Made by a program: the position numbers and the translations under genes. DNA of 64,000 bases, from the NCBI RefSeq assembly GCF_000143415.4, contig NW_003314312.1, forward strand, positions 611,510-675,509, written 5' to 3'. Under the pieces are notes generated by a model. That model was not told the DNA's origin. It worked only from the letters and a program-made list of their open reading frames with translations, and made no database searches. Positions 48,503 through 60,300 of the stretch are shown piece after piece. This DNA is from Selaginella moellendorffii. Its lineage: Eukaryota; Plantae; Lycopodiophyta. Numbering within the stretch: position 1 is the stretch's first letter; each line of letters starts with the position of its first letter.

Positions 48503-51401
48503 ATGGCCTCCGCAAGTGCGACGGATGTTCCCTCCGTGGATCTTAAGAACCGTGCTACATGGATTCAGGCAAAGGTGTTTCTAAACAACCCCGAGGGGGA
48601 GGTGGTAGCTGAGGGCTTAGCTACAGTTGTCGATCCAAGAGATGCGGTTGCTAATCAAGAATTGGGCTGGGATGATATTGGAGTTGCGATTTTAGAGGTT
48701 GTTGACACAGAAGAAAACAGTCTGACTATTGGAAGCATTGTGCGGTGGAAATTGAGGCACTTAGTGTTTGAGAATGTGAAGGATTCACAATCAAACACCA
48801 CTACAACTGATGACAGAACATCTCTTCATGGGAAAAGAAAGTACACCTTCCTAAAGCGCAGCCAAAGGGATCTGAGCAACGAACCGAAAAGGCAGAAAAT
48901 GGCGATGGAGGTTTGAATGGTCTCGACAGTTGCTTGTTGCAAGAGGAGGTGCTGTCAACATGCTGATTGGGATGCTATTGAAGAGGAGAGAGCAAGATAC
49001 AAGACATTGTCCTGGAAGGCAGCTCGCTATTTTGTGTATGAGGCATTACGGTCATCTGTTGATGCTTCAGAACATCAGGTGGGGGGCATGGTCTTCCAGA
49101 GGGGTTTGGTCTGCATGAAGGCATGGAGAATCATTTATGGAGTCCCTCGAACCACATTCTATAGAATCAAAACTGAGTTCGAGGAACAAAGGGTTCAACA
49201 GGCAGTCCATGGGAACGACGGTACTCACAAAACCAGGGGTCATGTTGTATATGGAAAGGCAATCTTCAAGAGGTTTGTCGAGACATGTAGCGAGCAGCAA
49301 CCACATAAAACCCGCCTTTTGGAAGATGGAACTCGAGACACCCAACGAGTTCTCCCTTCCATGTATACCAAGGGGGCCATATTGGAAAATGTGAATCGGA
49401 AACTCCAGAGTAATGGCTACAGGAAGCTGAGCCAATCTAGATTTAGTAGATTGTGGAGCAACAGGTTCAGGGATGTGAGTATAGGAAAGTACTCCAGCTT
49501 TTCAAAGTGTGACGAGTGCACTGCTATCAAAATGGCTTTGTCGAAGAATTCTTGCATCGCTCAAGAGCGAGAGACGTTGGTTAGAAGGCGGCTCGACCAC
49601 AACATCGAGCAGAGAAGCTGCAGGACTGCATATTATCATAACAGGATTCTCTCCATGGAGAGACCTGACTCTTGCCTCTGCATCATCCACGACAAAATGG
49701 ACCAGAAAAAGACGTGCTTACCTCGACTCAATCCTGCCCCCAAGGCAATCTCTTCATCCATGCAGCTGCCTGTGTCTCTGTTCGGCATAATTGCTCATGG
49801 GCATGGTGCCCAGAACTATGGGAACTTCTTTGTACCTCTATGGGGTGGCGGGGGTGCAAACATGATGATTGCGTCCCTAGCAAAACACTTAAGGTCTTTG
49901 CAAAGTGCGCAGACTGAGCTGAACAGCCAACCCTTGCATAAGGCCCTTGTCGATTAAACCCCATACAGGGTTCAGCTGGAGGAGGAGCAAAGGCTTGCAG
50001 TATCGCGTGGGGCCCCATGCCATCCCAGTGAATATGTTGGCCGTTAGATTGTAGGGTTATCACGTGAGGCCTCATGCCATTCCGACGAGGTTGGTCGCCC
50101 GGTGAATGCACAGCCTCATCCAAACAAAGCAGAATCTCAAGGAAGTTCTTGCGGCCAATGTGGCCTTCCACCCCATCTTCTGCTCCAAACAAAAAATGCT
50201 GGCAGTGAGAACAAAAACATGTACGTCTTCGCGTACTTGGCGATGCTTGTTGCCAAAGGCATATTTGAAACAGTTACACTTGGCTTTCTCATGGTTGGGC
50301 ACACTCATGAAGACATCGATGCCATGTTCAGTCACCTAGCAGAGTCCTTCCGGCGATCCAATGTCCTCACCCTCCCACAACTCTACGATGAATTCCAAAA
50401 TTGCATCAAAGGCACTATTGAAGCTGCACTTGTGACAGAGGTTCCAGACTTTAAGGGGTTTGTAAGAGGCTACATCAGAGACGGATCCGAAACGCTTATT
50501 GGCCACTCCAAGCCTCTTTAGTTTCATTTCAGCATGCGTGACGGTGCTCCAGTGATGAGGTACAAGATGAGAGAATGGGACACAGTGTGGCTGCCAGTGG
50601 ACGGCATTGAACTCTTTAAGAGAGATCCCATAACTGGGGAACCTATGATTCCTCAGGGTTCCCCACGGCCGATGCACCCGGATGGACTCAAAGACCAGGA
50701 AAGTATAGTGGCCGGGATTAGACAGCATATTGCCTTCTGGAAGAGGGGATTGGTGTTTGGTGGAGAATCCTATTTTAAGAGGTGCAAGCCTTTGATCGAA
50801 TACTGGGAGAAGATTATATCTGCTATCCAAAATGGGCCAGTTGTATATGAAGAATTGGAAGAGTCCTTTTGGCCAGAACCCAGAGCACCAGATAGTAGCG
50901 GAACAATGTCCTCTGGAAATGCAGTGACAGATAACGATGTTGAGGATCACTATTGTGGGCCGAGGAACAAGAAGCCAGATTCAGCATTCAATCCAGTACA
51001 GGTCTGCAAAGGAATGGTCGTGCTTGTCAGACCCAGTAATAAAAAACAAATGATATGGGTGGGGCACTGCATCACTGATGCAGAGGAGGACGCGGAAACT
51101 AACTCCTTCAATGTAACTGTGGAGTGGTTCAAGCCAAGTTCCGGATATACAAAGGATTGCCTAGAAAAGAGATGGGTGCTGAATCCAAGGGATCCCAGCA
51201 TGAGCATATCGGTGGATAATGTTGTGCATGGTTGGATGCGGAAGCAGAGTGCCACCATCACCTTGCCAGACCATGTAAGAGATGCAGCAAGAGCATTCAT
51301 AACCCGGGTTCAAGGTGAGATTCATTAATATTCCTTTACTAAGTTTCTAATGTATTTTATTTCAAGGTGAACAATCCGAATCTGAATCAGAGGAGGCGTG
51401 A
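48503..51401 (+). pseudogene. Sola1-like DDD transposase with Cys-rich N-terminal motifs and accessory domains; four in-frame stops; probable 5'UTR intron (~48192-48501) and last intron (~51315-51366)
   Basis: ORFs 48503, 48917, 50102 and 50534 share one frame (stops at 48914, 49955, 50045, 50519). Motifs CCKRRC, CMKAWRIIYG, FSKCDEC, IIHDKMDQ, LLLQTKNAGSENKN (usually LQxDN), FLMVGHTHEDIDAMFS. Confidence 0.85.
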
Positions 51402-52040
51402 TGGCTTGTGGCCTTACGCCATTCCTAGGTGAGATGATACAAATAACAAGTATAAATTCTTAGTTGTTCTAGCAAATCTTACTTAAAGTTCAAGGTGAAC
51501 AAGCCGAATATGAATTCATCGGATTGTTATAACAAATTGCGAGGTGATGGCATGAGGCGATACGCCATTTGAGAGTGGTAGCCATTCCTATATGAGGTGA
51601 GTGAAATATTTATTAGAAATACCTCATTCAATTGTGCACTTCTAAGTCTTGGTCCACTCAGTACTGTTTGTATGTTTCTATTTTAATTCTTTCTCTAAAA
51701 TGTTATTTAGCATGTGGCTTCATGCCATTGCTCTCCACAATCATGCATTGAATTTTTTTATCCTTGCATAATACTTCTCCATATATATAGCATGTGCGCA
51801 CATGTGATATGGTTCATTAGGCCTGATATAGTGTGTGAGGTAAAACAAAGATGATGTGACATATGCATTTACCAATCACACGTGCATAAATCTAATAATA
51901 TGGCGTATGGCCCATATTAATGGCACATAAACCCATATTGTGGGCTTACGTGCTTTATGTACCATCATTCCCTTGCAGCGTGTGTGTTGGTTTCCTTTTA
52001 TAACACAACGAACCCCATATTTTAGGGTGAAGAGCGTTCT

Positions 52041-52299
52041 CATGGCAAGCACAAAATCTGTAAGTGAGGCAAAAAAGGAGACGGAGAAGGAGATAGGTGA
52101 AGATGTAGAATATATAAGTCTTCCAAACTCCCCGTACTATACTCCAGGTGATCATTTTTTTGAACAAACGGCAACATTAACAACTATCGAGAACGCCCCA
52201 GTAACGTCAGAGACAACAATCCAAAGCAAAACAACTGACCCGGAGAAGGATGATAGTACCGCTGAGAGTACCAAAAAGGAGGTGTCCACTAGCGCTTAG
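52041..52299 (+). CDS. Short acidic/Thr-rich ORF or exon of unknown function inside the transposon
   Basis: MASTKSVSEAKKETEKEIGEDVEYISLPNSP...; preceded by a possible acceptor (tttag ~52025) and followed by a palindrome copy, as at the transposase stop. Confidence 0.3.
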
Positions 52300-55200
52300 G
52301 CTTATAATGGCGTGTGCCCTCATGCCATTTACTTGATCACCAAATACCTTTTTCCCTTTGCACTAGTATATCTTAATACCGGTTTGAGAAATAGAATAGC
52401 ATGTGCCCTCAGGCCTTTTACTAAATCACCTTTGAAAGAAATGCAAGCCTCTATGTCGTAAAAAAAAGGTACTAGAGAAATTCCTTAATAATATAAATGT
52501 TATTTAGTTTCATGAAAATACACTAAGGGTCAAATGAGTTAAATGACTTCTCCAGACTAGCAATGCCTCTTGCTACACCTTCACAATTAGATTCGTTAGA
52601 AAAAGATAACATTGAATAATATCTAAATGTTCTCACCATTAAGTTATATGTCTGGCTAATAGGAATGATGTTCATCTTGGAAAGCTCACCACACGCTCAA
52701 TGAACAAACAAATAGTGTGTGCGCGCATGCCATCGCTCTTCTTTAGCTTCAGATTCGGCTTGTTCACCTTGACAATGAGATTTATTATACAACCAGATGG
52801 ACTCAATCTGGACACAAAGTCACCGCGCTAGTCACCATGCCCCAGATATGTCTAGCCCCTGGACAAAAAACATATAATTTCACGTCATTTTCAAATACTT
52901 GAAAATTTGTACCTAGTCCCATTTTACTGAATAAATCCCACTTTAACGAAATAGAGCATGACTCCACTTGAGTCATCCAGCATTTTAGACTTTGCTAATC
53001 CAACGATCTGCGAGGTTTTAGTCTTCGAGGTGTCAACTCGCTGGAATACAACTTCTTGTATTCAGGTCCTGCTCACAAGGACCATCTTTGCAAGTGTTAC
53101 TCCGACACTTGATTTGTTCTCTTGGGGCAACCTTTTGCCCCTTAGGACCACTTGTCCATGTGATGAAAATACCAACTCATCCTCTGAGTACACCCCCAAC
53201 TCCTTGGGTTGTTCTAGCATTTATTAGAGGTAACCCCAGCTACCACTTCAAGGACTTGTGTCCTCTTCTGTATTTGACCTCCCATGGTCATCAATTCTGG
53301 TCTCAAAGTTATGAGCACTAGCCTCAACTATATGAGGGTAACCTTGTGACTCCTTTATTATTTTGGAGTCTACATTTCCTGTGATCCCAACTATAGTTGT
53401 TTACCACAACTACGTTAGCCCATTTGTTGTGTCAAACACTCATCTGGATCACATCCTCAGCTCTCTGAGGAAACCATATACTGTTCCTAAGATCCCAAAG
53501 TCGTTCCATTTTTATCCACCACTTTGTCTACAAGTTCTCACATGAACTGTAATGGAGAGCCATGTCTTCCCGACCTGCTACTCCTCAAAGATAAGGCCAC
53601 TCCTCGGACCTTCCGATGCCAACACCAGTGGTGATATACTTGAGCACTAATAAAAGTCGGACTAAAGAACAGCTCTGATACCAAATTGTAAGCGACTAAT
53701 TTTTCCATTTTACTTTAGTCACTTAACTACACCTCCGACCACTTGGAGGAGTCTCATTCACAACCTCCATAAGTCCCAGTTAGGACTTGGGGCTTGCCAG
53801 CTCTGAGAATGGCATCCATGCCACTCAACCTTTGCACTTGGTCTAAGTGCTTCACGTGTCCGATCCCATGACCGACACCCCAAGGTACTACCAACATACC
53901 AGCCCATTACGCTAGGCCATGCCCATTCACCTTGGTCACACCGGTGGTCTAACGCCACCTGCATCATAATCCCGTCTCTCAAAGACTAGGCCATCCATCC
54001 ATGAGCGATCATCCCAGATCTACTCCTTAGCATCCTTAGGATGCCCGCAGACATGGGGAATAGCCTTCCCTGACAACTCTTTTCCAGTCCCCACCAAGTC
54101 CCTTTTAGTCCATGGCCGTGTTCGCCAACATTGCCACTGGATCAAGGCCCACAGGCCTGACTGCTAAGTCCCACTATCTTTTGGGACTTCCTCACCATGT
54201 GACCGTATCCTTGGTCACTGCATTAGAGGCCTACTCCTCTTCCCTTTCACCGTTTGGGACTTTGGGACAACATTTCGAAACACCGTGGCCTTACGCAAGC
54301 CTCATGGGTACTCTCCCTGCCTTTCGCCTTTAGGTGCTCTAGCTATGGGCTTAGAGCGAGGTTCCGTTGAGCCACAACAGGTATCCAAGTAGATAGTGCC
54401 ACCCACACTTGGACTGGGAGCATCGGCCAGTTGATCTCCCGGGGGAACTAGAGCTGGCTCTTGAACACTTCACCAAGCTACCCTACTTGTCGGTTTGTGT
54501 TCACTTTAGTCTTGGACTTCCCAGTGGGCAACTCATCACCCAACACTGGGTCCGGCCTTCCTGGGCCAAACTGGCCTTTCCTGGCCAAACTGGCTCCACT
54601 GCAGTCCTCCCCCTACTATACTTTTGGAGCTCACCAAACCCCCAGGGTCTGGGAGACGAACACTTTGGGCTTTCACCCTCTCAGACTCGAACTCGGACTC
54701 GGACTCAGACTCGGACTCGGACTTGGACTCGGACTCGGACTCGGACTCGGACTCGGACTCGGCCTCGGTCTTGGTCTCGGTCCCGATCTCGGTCTTGGCC
54801 TCGGTCCCGGTCCCGGTCTCGACTTCGTACTCCATCTCGGGTCCATCTCGGACTCCATCTCGGGTCCATCTCGGACTCCATCTCGGGTCCATCTCGTACT
54901 CCATCTCGGGTCCATCTCGGGTCCATCTCGGACTCCATCTTGGGTCCATTTCGGGTCCATCTCGGACTCCATCTCAGGTCCGTCTCGGACTCAATCTCGG
55001 ATCCATCTCGGGTCCACCTCGGACTCCACCTCAGACTCCATCTCGGGGTCCTTCTCGGACTCCACTTCGGACTCCACTTCGGACTCCAACTCGGGTCCAT
55101 CTCGGACACTTCCACATGTCATGTGTTAGTCCTTTTTGGGTCCCTTTTTGGAGCCTTGCTTATAGCTCGCTTCGTGCTCATTCCTCAAGCACTTTGTTAG

Positions 55201-55891
55201 GGGTTCCACTCCCGCTCTCGACCTTTCAAGGCGGAGCTTTTAGTCCAAACGTGTTACGCTCATTTGGCTTTTGCTTCGGCCACTACCACGTGGTGCCTCT
55301 CCGGCTCTACTTTGGGGCCTATGGATTTTGTGTCTCACAATTTGAAGATATAGTCTTTGTGATTGAGTATTAGATATCCACCTAAACAAGTGATGCATCC
55401 AAGGCTTAGGGTTTAATGAAATTTTGTTTTATGAAGGGAAGTTAGGAATTTAGAGGTTTAGATTCCCATCTATTGTACTAACTTTTACTTGGTCCTACTT
55501 GGTTTTAATATTCACTACACGAGCAACAGAGTTTTATCCATCCATCCACAGATTCCTAAATTCTCTCTGAATCCCCCTTCAGGGGTTAGATTGAACTTAA
55601 AGTTTAGCTACACTCTCCGTAAGCACAAGCAGCTAAGCACACAAAGCTAAAGCAATGGTGGTCGGATAAACGAGGTAAGCTGACAAATTGGAAAGGAAAA
55701 AATTATGGCTTATAGTTTGGTATTAGAGCTTTTTCCTCAGTTCTAGTGAAGGATAGAAGCGAATTGTTAGGAAATAGCTAAGATGGGGCATAAAAAAACC
55801 AAAGTGGCATTCACAAAGCTCAAGCTTTTGAAGCAGTCGTAGTAGAGACTTCAATAGCAGTTTGCCAAGGTAATAATCTTGATAGAACCTT

Positions 55892-55975
55892 TGTAGCACA
55901 TGTGGTTTTCACCTTTTATCTTATGGTAATTTACTATAAAATAACCATAAAGCAAAACTTAAACCCTTTATATGC
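55892..55975 (-). repeat. Inverted fragment of family-B LTR end
   Basis: Reverse complement of ~16250-16333. Confidence 0.65.
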
Positions 55976-57000
55976 ATTTTTATGAAGCGCATTGAAGCAT
56001 TTTTCATGTTTGAGCGAGCGTTGGGGGAGGCGCCCTTCCTTCCACCAACAAATGGTGAACCTAGCATGACGCACAACACTTTCAGAAGCATCATTTCTCT
56101 CTTTTTCTTTTGGCCGTAGACTTTGGGAAGGAATTCCTTGTTTGTCTTACGGTGGTTTTGTTTGATCTTGGGCGTGTTGGATAGGTCTAGAGCTCCTCTT
56201 TCTAGAAAGGTATGGCGCTCATCAAGCCGTGTAGTATTTGAAGAGATACAACATTTCTTGGCTAGGTCAAATAAGCATTTTGGGGTTTTCACTTTCTCGC
56301 CTGGATCCTTGGCCCAATTTCTCATGGTAGTGCATTTGGGCTTGTAGATTTGGCTTAGATGTATGAGTAGGGGTGATTCTTGGCACTAGATTTGGCCAAA
56401 TTGGCAGCATGCAGAAGGATTTTCTTCTCCAGCTAGATTGGGTCATCTTTGTGGTAGGAATTCATGCTCCTTCGGGCTTTGTTTTGGATGCCGTTTGTTT
56501 CTAGAGGTGCTCCTAGTCCTAGGCTTTCCAGAAATACCAACGGCGCCTTAGTATCCATCTACATCACGGACATGCACATGTTTTCCCACAATGTTGGCAT
56601 TCTGGGCTACCTCTTCGTGGATTTCGGGGAATATTGAGGTGGCTTCTTTCCACATTCCTACAATAGAGGGTAGACGGGGCTGATCCCTTTCCAACGAGCC
56701 CACCAACAGTCAAAATGGAGAAGGATTGAGACCAAAGAACTCATTTTTCTCTTTTAGGTTAAATTTTGTTGGGGGTTCCTTGGGAACGAAGCAATCTTCA
56801 AAAAACAGGTAGCCATAGGAATAGGAACAGGAGGAGCAAGAACAAGAGTTGGCGTGGGAACATGGACAGTAGGAATCGGCACAGGGATAGGAGTTGGTGT
56901 TGGATCAGACGCAGGAGTAGGAGTGAGAGCAAGGGGGTTACCAGTTACAGGTTACAGGTCCCCGGTTACTGGTTACCAGCTACTCCAGCGACTACTCCAA
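55976..57000 (+). repeat. Family C LTR-like direct repeat upstream of second Gypsy
   Basis: 55983-56045 ~ 62888-62950; 56280-56693 ~ 63460-63875; 56909-56995 ~ 62217-62320 and 63887-63985. Termini not resolved. Confidence 0.6.
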
Positions 57001-57369
57001 TGGCTATTTCAGCAATTACCATACGGGTCAATGGTTACGTGTGCTTGAGGCCTACATCTACTTCCCTTTTGGCCCTTATTTCTCTTTGTCACAGGCATTT
57101 TGGACAACTTTGAGCAGCTTGGGCACAAGTTTGCAGTCTTCTTGCTCCTGTCCACCCAGTTGCCTTGACTGGGCATTTGCAGTGTTCAGGGTATTTGATG
57201 CCGATACAAACTAGACGTACGACAAATTGGCACCCTTTTACGATACCTCGAGGCCCTAAGGTACAAAGTAAACTTTCTAACATCCAAAGGCAGCTTAGGT
57301 ATGACACTAAACCTTCTCGGGCCGAGTCCTCTTCATCCTCGGCAGATTCTAGTGACTTAGATCTACGAG

Positions 57370-60300
57370 CTATGGCACAGCCACCCTTAGCTTGACCTCA
57401 GCTCCATGTTCTGCAGAAGGGGAGTGATCTGCCGACTTTCTCAGGTGTTGGAACAGTCTCTCCAACATCGCATATCAGTCGCTTTGATTACTATTGCACC
57501 ACAAACATGATCGTCGATGATGATCGTATGTGCTGCGACTTCTTGCAATCTCTTGAAGGCAAAGCAGAAACTTGAGCAGATTCTCTCCTCCCAGAGGACC
57601 GGACAGACTTCCAGACACTACTTGCATCGTTCAGAAAAACGTTGTTGAAGAAAAACCCACAAATCGGCTATTTGTCGACCTCTTTTCATTCCTACAAGGT
57701 GCTCACGAATCTGTTCCTGACTACATCACATGGTTTTGAGCTTATTGGAAGCAGTGTTGGGATCGCAGAGTAGTCCAAGATGAACAACAGGGGATCACAG
57801 CATTCACAGTAGGTCTGCATGGGAACTTGTAGCGGAAACTTCTTAGGAAGATATTTAGGTCTTGCCGTGAGGCATTTTCATTTGCCACGAAGCTAGAAAG
57901 AGAGCTTCTTGTTAACTTGGGGATTGTTAAAGTTGATTTTGACCAATCCATCACCCCATCAGAGTCACCTTGTGTAGCTGTTCGCCCGTCCACAACAAAG
58001 CCCGTCGCTATTGAGCATACACCTCTGGCTATTGAGAACTTTGCCAACGAGATGCGGCAGCTGAAGGAGATCATTTTTCAGCAGCAATCACACCATGACA
58101 AGCTGCTCCAGGAGCTGGTGGAGTCTAGGAAAGAGGCCACTACAGCTCAGGACCATAGATTTAGATCCCGTTGGTGCACTCACTGTGAGACAAACACTCA
58201 CAACACACAGCGCTGCTTCAAGCTTCACCCAGAGCTTCGGCCTCCATCTTTTCAATGTGTCCAACAACATCCCTCCGCTGATAATTCCACATCGTCTCGG
58301 GGTCTAGAGACGTATCAGGAGCAGTTGGAGCAACAAGCAATTGAGGCAGCCCCTTCGTCAAGCAAAGGCAAGGCACCAGCCTCATCGGTCAACATGATTT
58401 TGGTAGCCAAGGAACTCTATAGGCAACAGTAGCAAACCGCAGCCACTCGAGCCCAAACGAAGAAGAAGGCACCTTCTCAGCTTGCCATAGATCCCCTGGC
58501 GCCAGTTGAGAGTGAATCTCTGTTGGCACCAAATCGAGTGACACAGAGGGTGACTTGTAAGCTCCCCTTCAAGTCACTACTTTCTTTTCCTCCTAAGGTC
58601 TCCCCAACAGCTATTCCTGTTCTGGAGCCAATTCTTCAACAACTGGTTGGCACTCCTGTCACCTTTTTGCTCCGAGACATGTTGTGTTTTGTCCCGGGAT
58701 TCGGCCAGCGTTTAGAGGAGTTTGCACGGTCAGGAACACTAGAGAGCACTCTCAAGAGGACTCCTCAAGAGGTGCACATTGTCAACATGACAAAATTTGG
58801 TGGAGATCCTGGTCCATTTTTCGTCCCAGTGTAGATTGGTACTTCCTCTTGTAGGATGGATGCTTTGATTGACTCCGGTTCTGGAAGCAACATTATCTCT
58901 CTCGAAGCTGCCCTTTCAGCATAGCTATAGATCACTAAGAGCTCCTCCATCGTGCTCAAGACTTTCGCCAACCACACTGTTCCTTTAGTAGGCATTTGCT
59001 ATGGTGTCAAGGTCTCAATGCAAGGTGTTATTTCTGAAGTGGATTTCCTCGTGGTTGACTACAAACATCTTGGAACGTTCTTTTTGAAGGACTCTATCAT
59101 CCTTGGCCATTCATGGCAAGTCACAGCCCATTGCACCATTGACAGCGCACAAAGCAAAATGGAAATTAGCAATGGAACCCACAGCGCCACCTTTCTCAAA
59201 AACCACGGCAAAGCTCTTTCTCAGTAGGCCCAGTAGGCTCAGAATAAGATGGGCTCCACACCATACTTTCCTCTTGAGCTCACAGAGGTTTTTCCTAAGT
59301 TGGCAGTGGAGTCAGCCATCTATATGACGGATGCTTTCTCATGCAATGCGATTGACACAGTTGGAGGTGAGTTAGATAGCCTGAGACATCTCTCGGCTTC
59401 ACTCTCTTTATTTGAGAGTAAGGCCAAGCCTCTAGACACGCCCTCTTTATTTGATGGCGAGGCTTATAGAGTATGGGCTCCCATATCCAGCTTTCCGGAG
59501 TGTTTCTTGATAGAGGAAGGGCTTCTTGACTCGTTTCTCGCATGGGACCAACTCTCTCTTATAGAGCTTGATGACACAGTCACTCCAGACTAGGTCCATC
59601 TTTCACAGGACACAGCCGAACTCAATCCTCCTTAGCAACTATTTGAGGTGTCACACAGCCAGAATCTTCCTACTAAAATTGCGGTAGCTGACGACTTTGA
59701 ACGTATTTTGTCATGCTGTTTCTTGGAGACGGAGGATGACATCCAGACACAGAACTGGTAGAAAGAATCGAGCCAATCAGATGTGCTGCATGCAAGTTAT
59801 ACTTCTTTGAGTTCAGAATTTCCTACCGTGGAACCCCCGATACTCCAACCACCAGAACGACAACTTCCTTTTGACATTTACATCACAACGGGTATAGAGG
59901 CTTTTGGAGTATGCTTTTTCCAATGTTCACAGCCTAGCAAGCCACCACATGCAACATACTATGCCTCCCATTCATTCAAGGAGACTAAGAAGAAGTACGT
60001 GGATGCAGAAAAAGAAGTAGTGGCTATTGTTTACACCTTGGAGCGATTTCATCACTTTCTCGTTGGAGCCCGTATCCATTTCCATGTCTATTTTAATGTG
60101 TTGACCTTTCTTTTACAATGACTGGTTCACAGTCCTCGTACTTTATCTTGGATTATGACCATCCAGGAGTTCCAACCAACTTTTCACATGCGGCGGAAGC
60201 GTGTGATGGATCCGAGCGAGTTCTTGGTTGCTGAAGCTACTTCCTTCGTGGTCCCAGCAGCATTACAGGACATTGCAATGTACCTAGATTCAGGTCAATT

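Larger units (their letters stand above)
39629..52733. repeat. Dispersed 22-bp palindrome family, consensus ATGGCRTGWGGCCWCAYGCCAT (~24 copies)
   Basis: Copies start at 39629, 40705, 40780, 42019, 42209, 42350, 43849, 45126, 45186, 45263, 46621, 46700, 47544, 47616, 48231, 48329, 48399, 50002, 50059, 51401, 51547, 51707, 52307, 52396, 52712 (some degenerate). Confidence 0.93.
39243..52959. mobile_element. ~13.7-kb TIR DNA transposon, Sola1-like, with large cargo gene
   Basis: Perfect 22-bp TIR GCTCTATTTCGTTAAAGTGGGA (39245-39266; 52936-52957), 23/24 with the two outer bases; GACT duplicated at 39239-39242 and 52960-52963; empty site visible in the sister element (~20950-20985); contains a DDD transposase. 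Confidence 0.88.
34247..55339 (-). mobile_element. Family A LARD-like LTR element: 5' LTR 53687-55339, PBS 53672-53683, PPT 35933-35946, 3' LTR 34247-35932; TSD ATTTG
   Basis: Paired ~1.7-kb LTRs; ATTTG at 34242-34246 and 55340-55344; internal region is the reverse complement of 20229-24913 once the 39243-52959 insert is removed. Confidence 0.93.
32243..55400 (+). mobile_element. Family B element (5' LTR 32243-32804, PBS 32807-32817, internal to 34246, resuming at 55345) hosting the nested family-A and DNA-transposon insertions
   Basis: LTR similar to 12196-12722; tggtatcagag PBS; gcaatatgaatatttg|aagatatagtctttgtga is contiguous in the copy at ~8905-8940. Confidence 0.75.

Noticed and set aside
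39629-52733. Palindromic repeats as a CRISPR array
   Set aside because: Spacing is irregular (57 bp to >1 kb), copies lie in introns and exons, there are no cas genes, and the context is eukaryotic.
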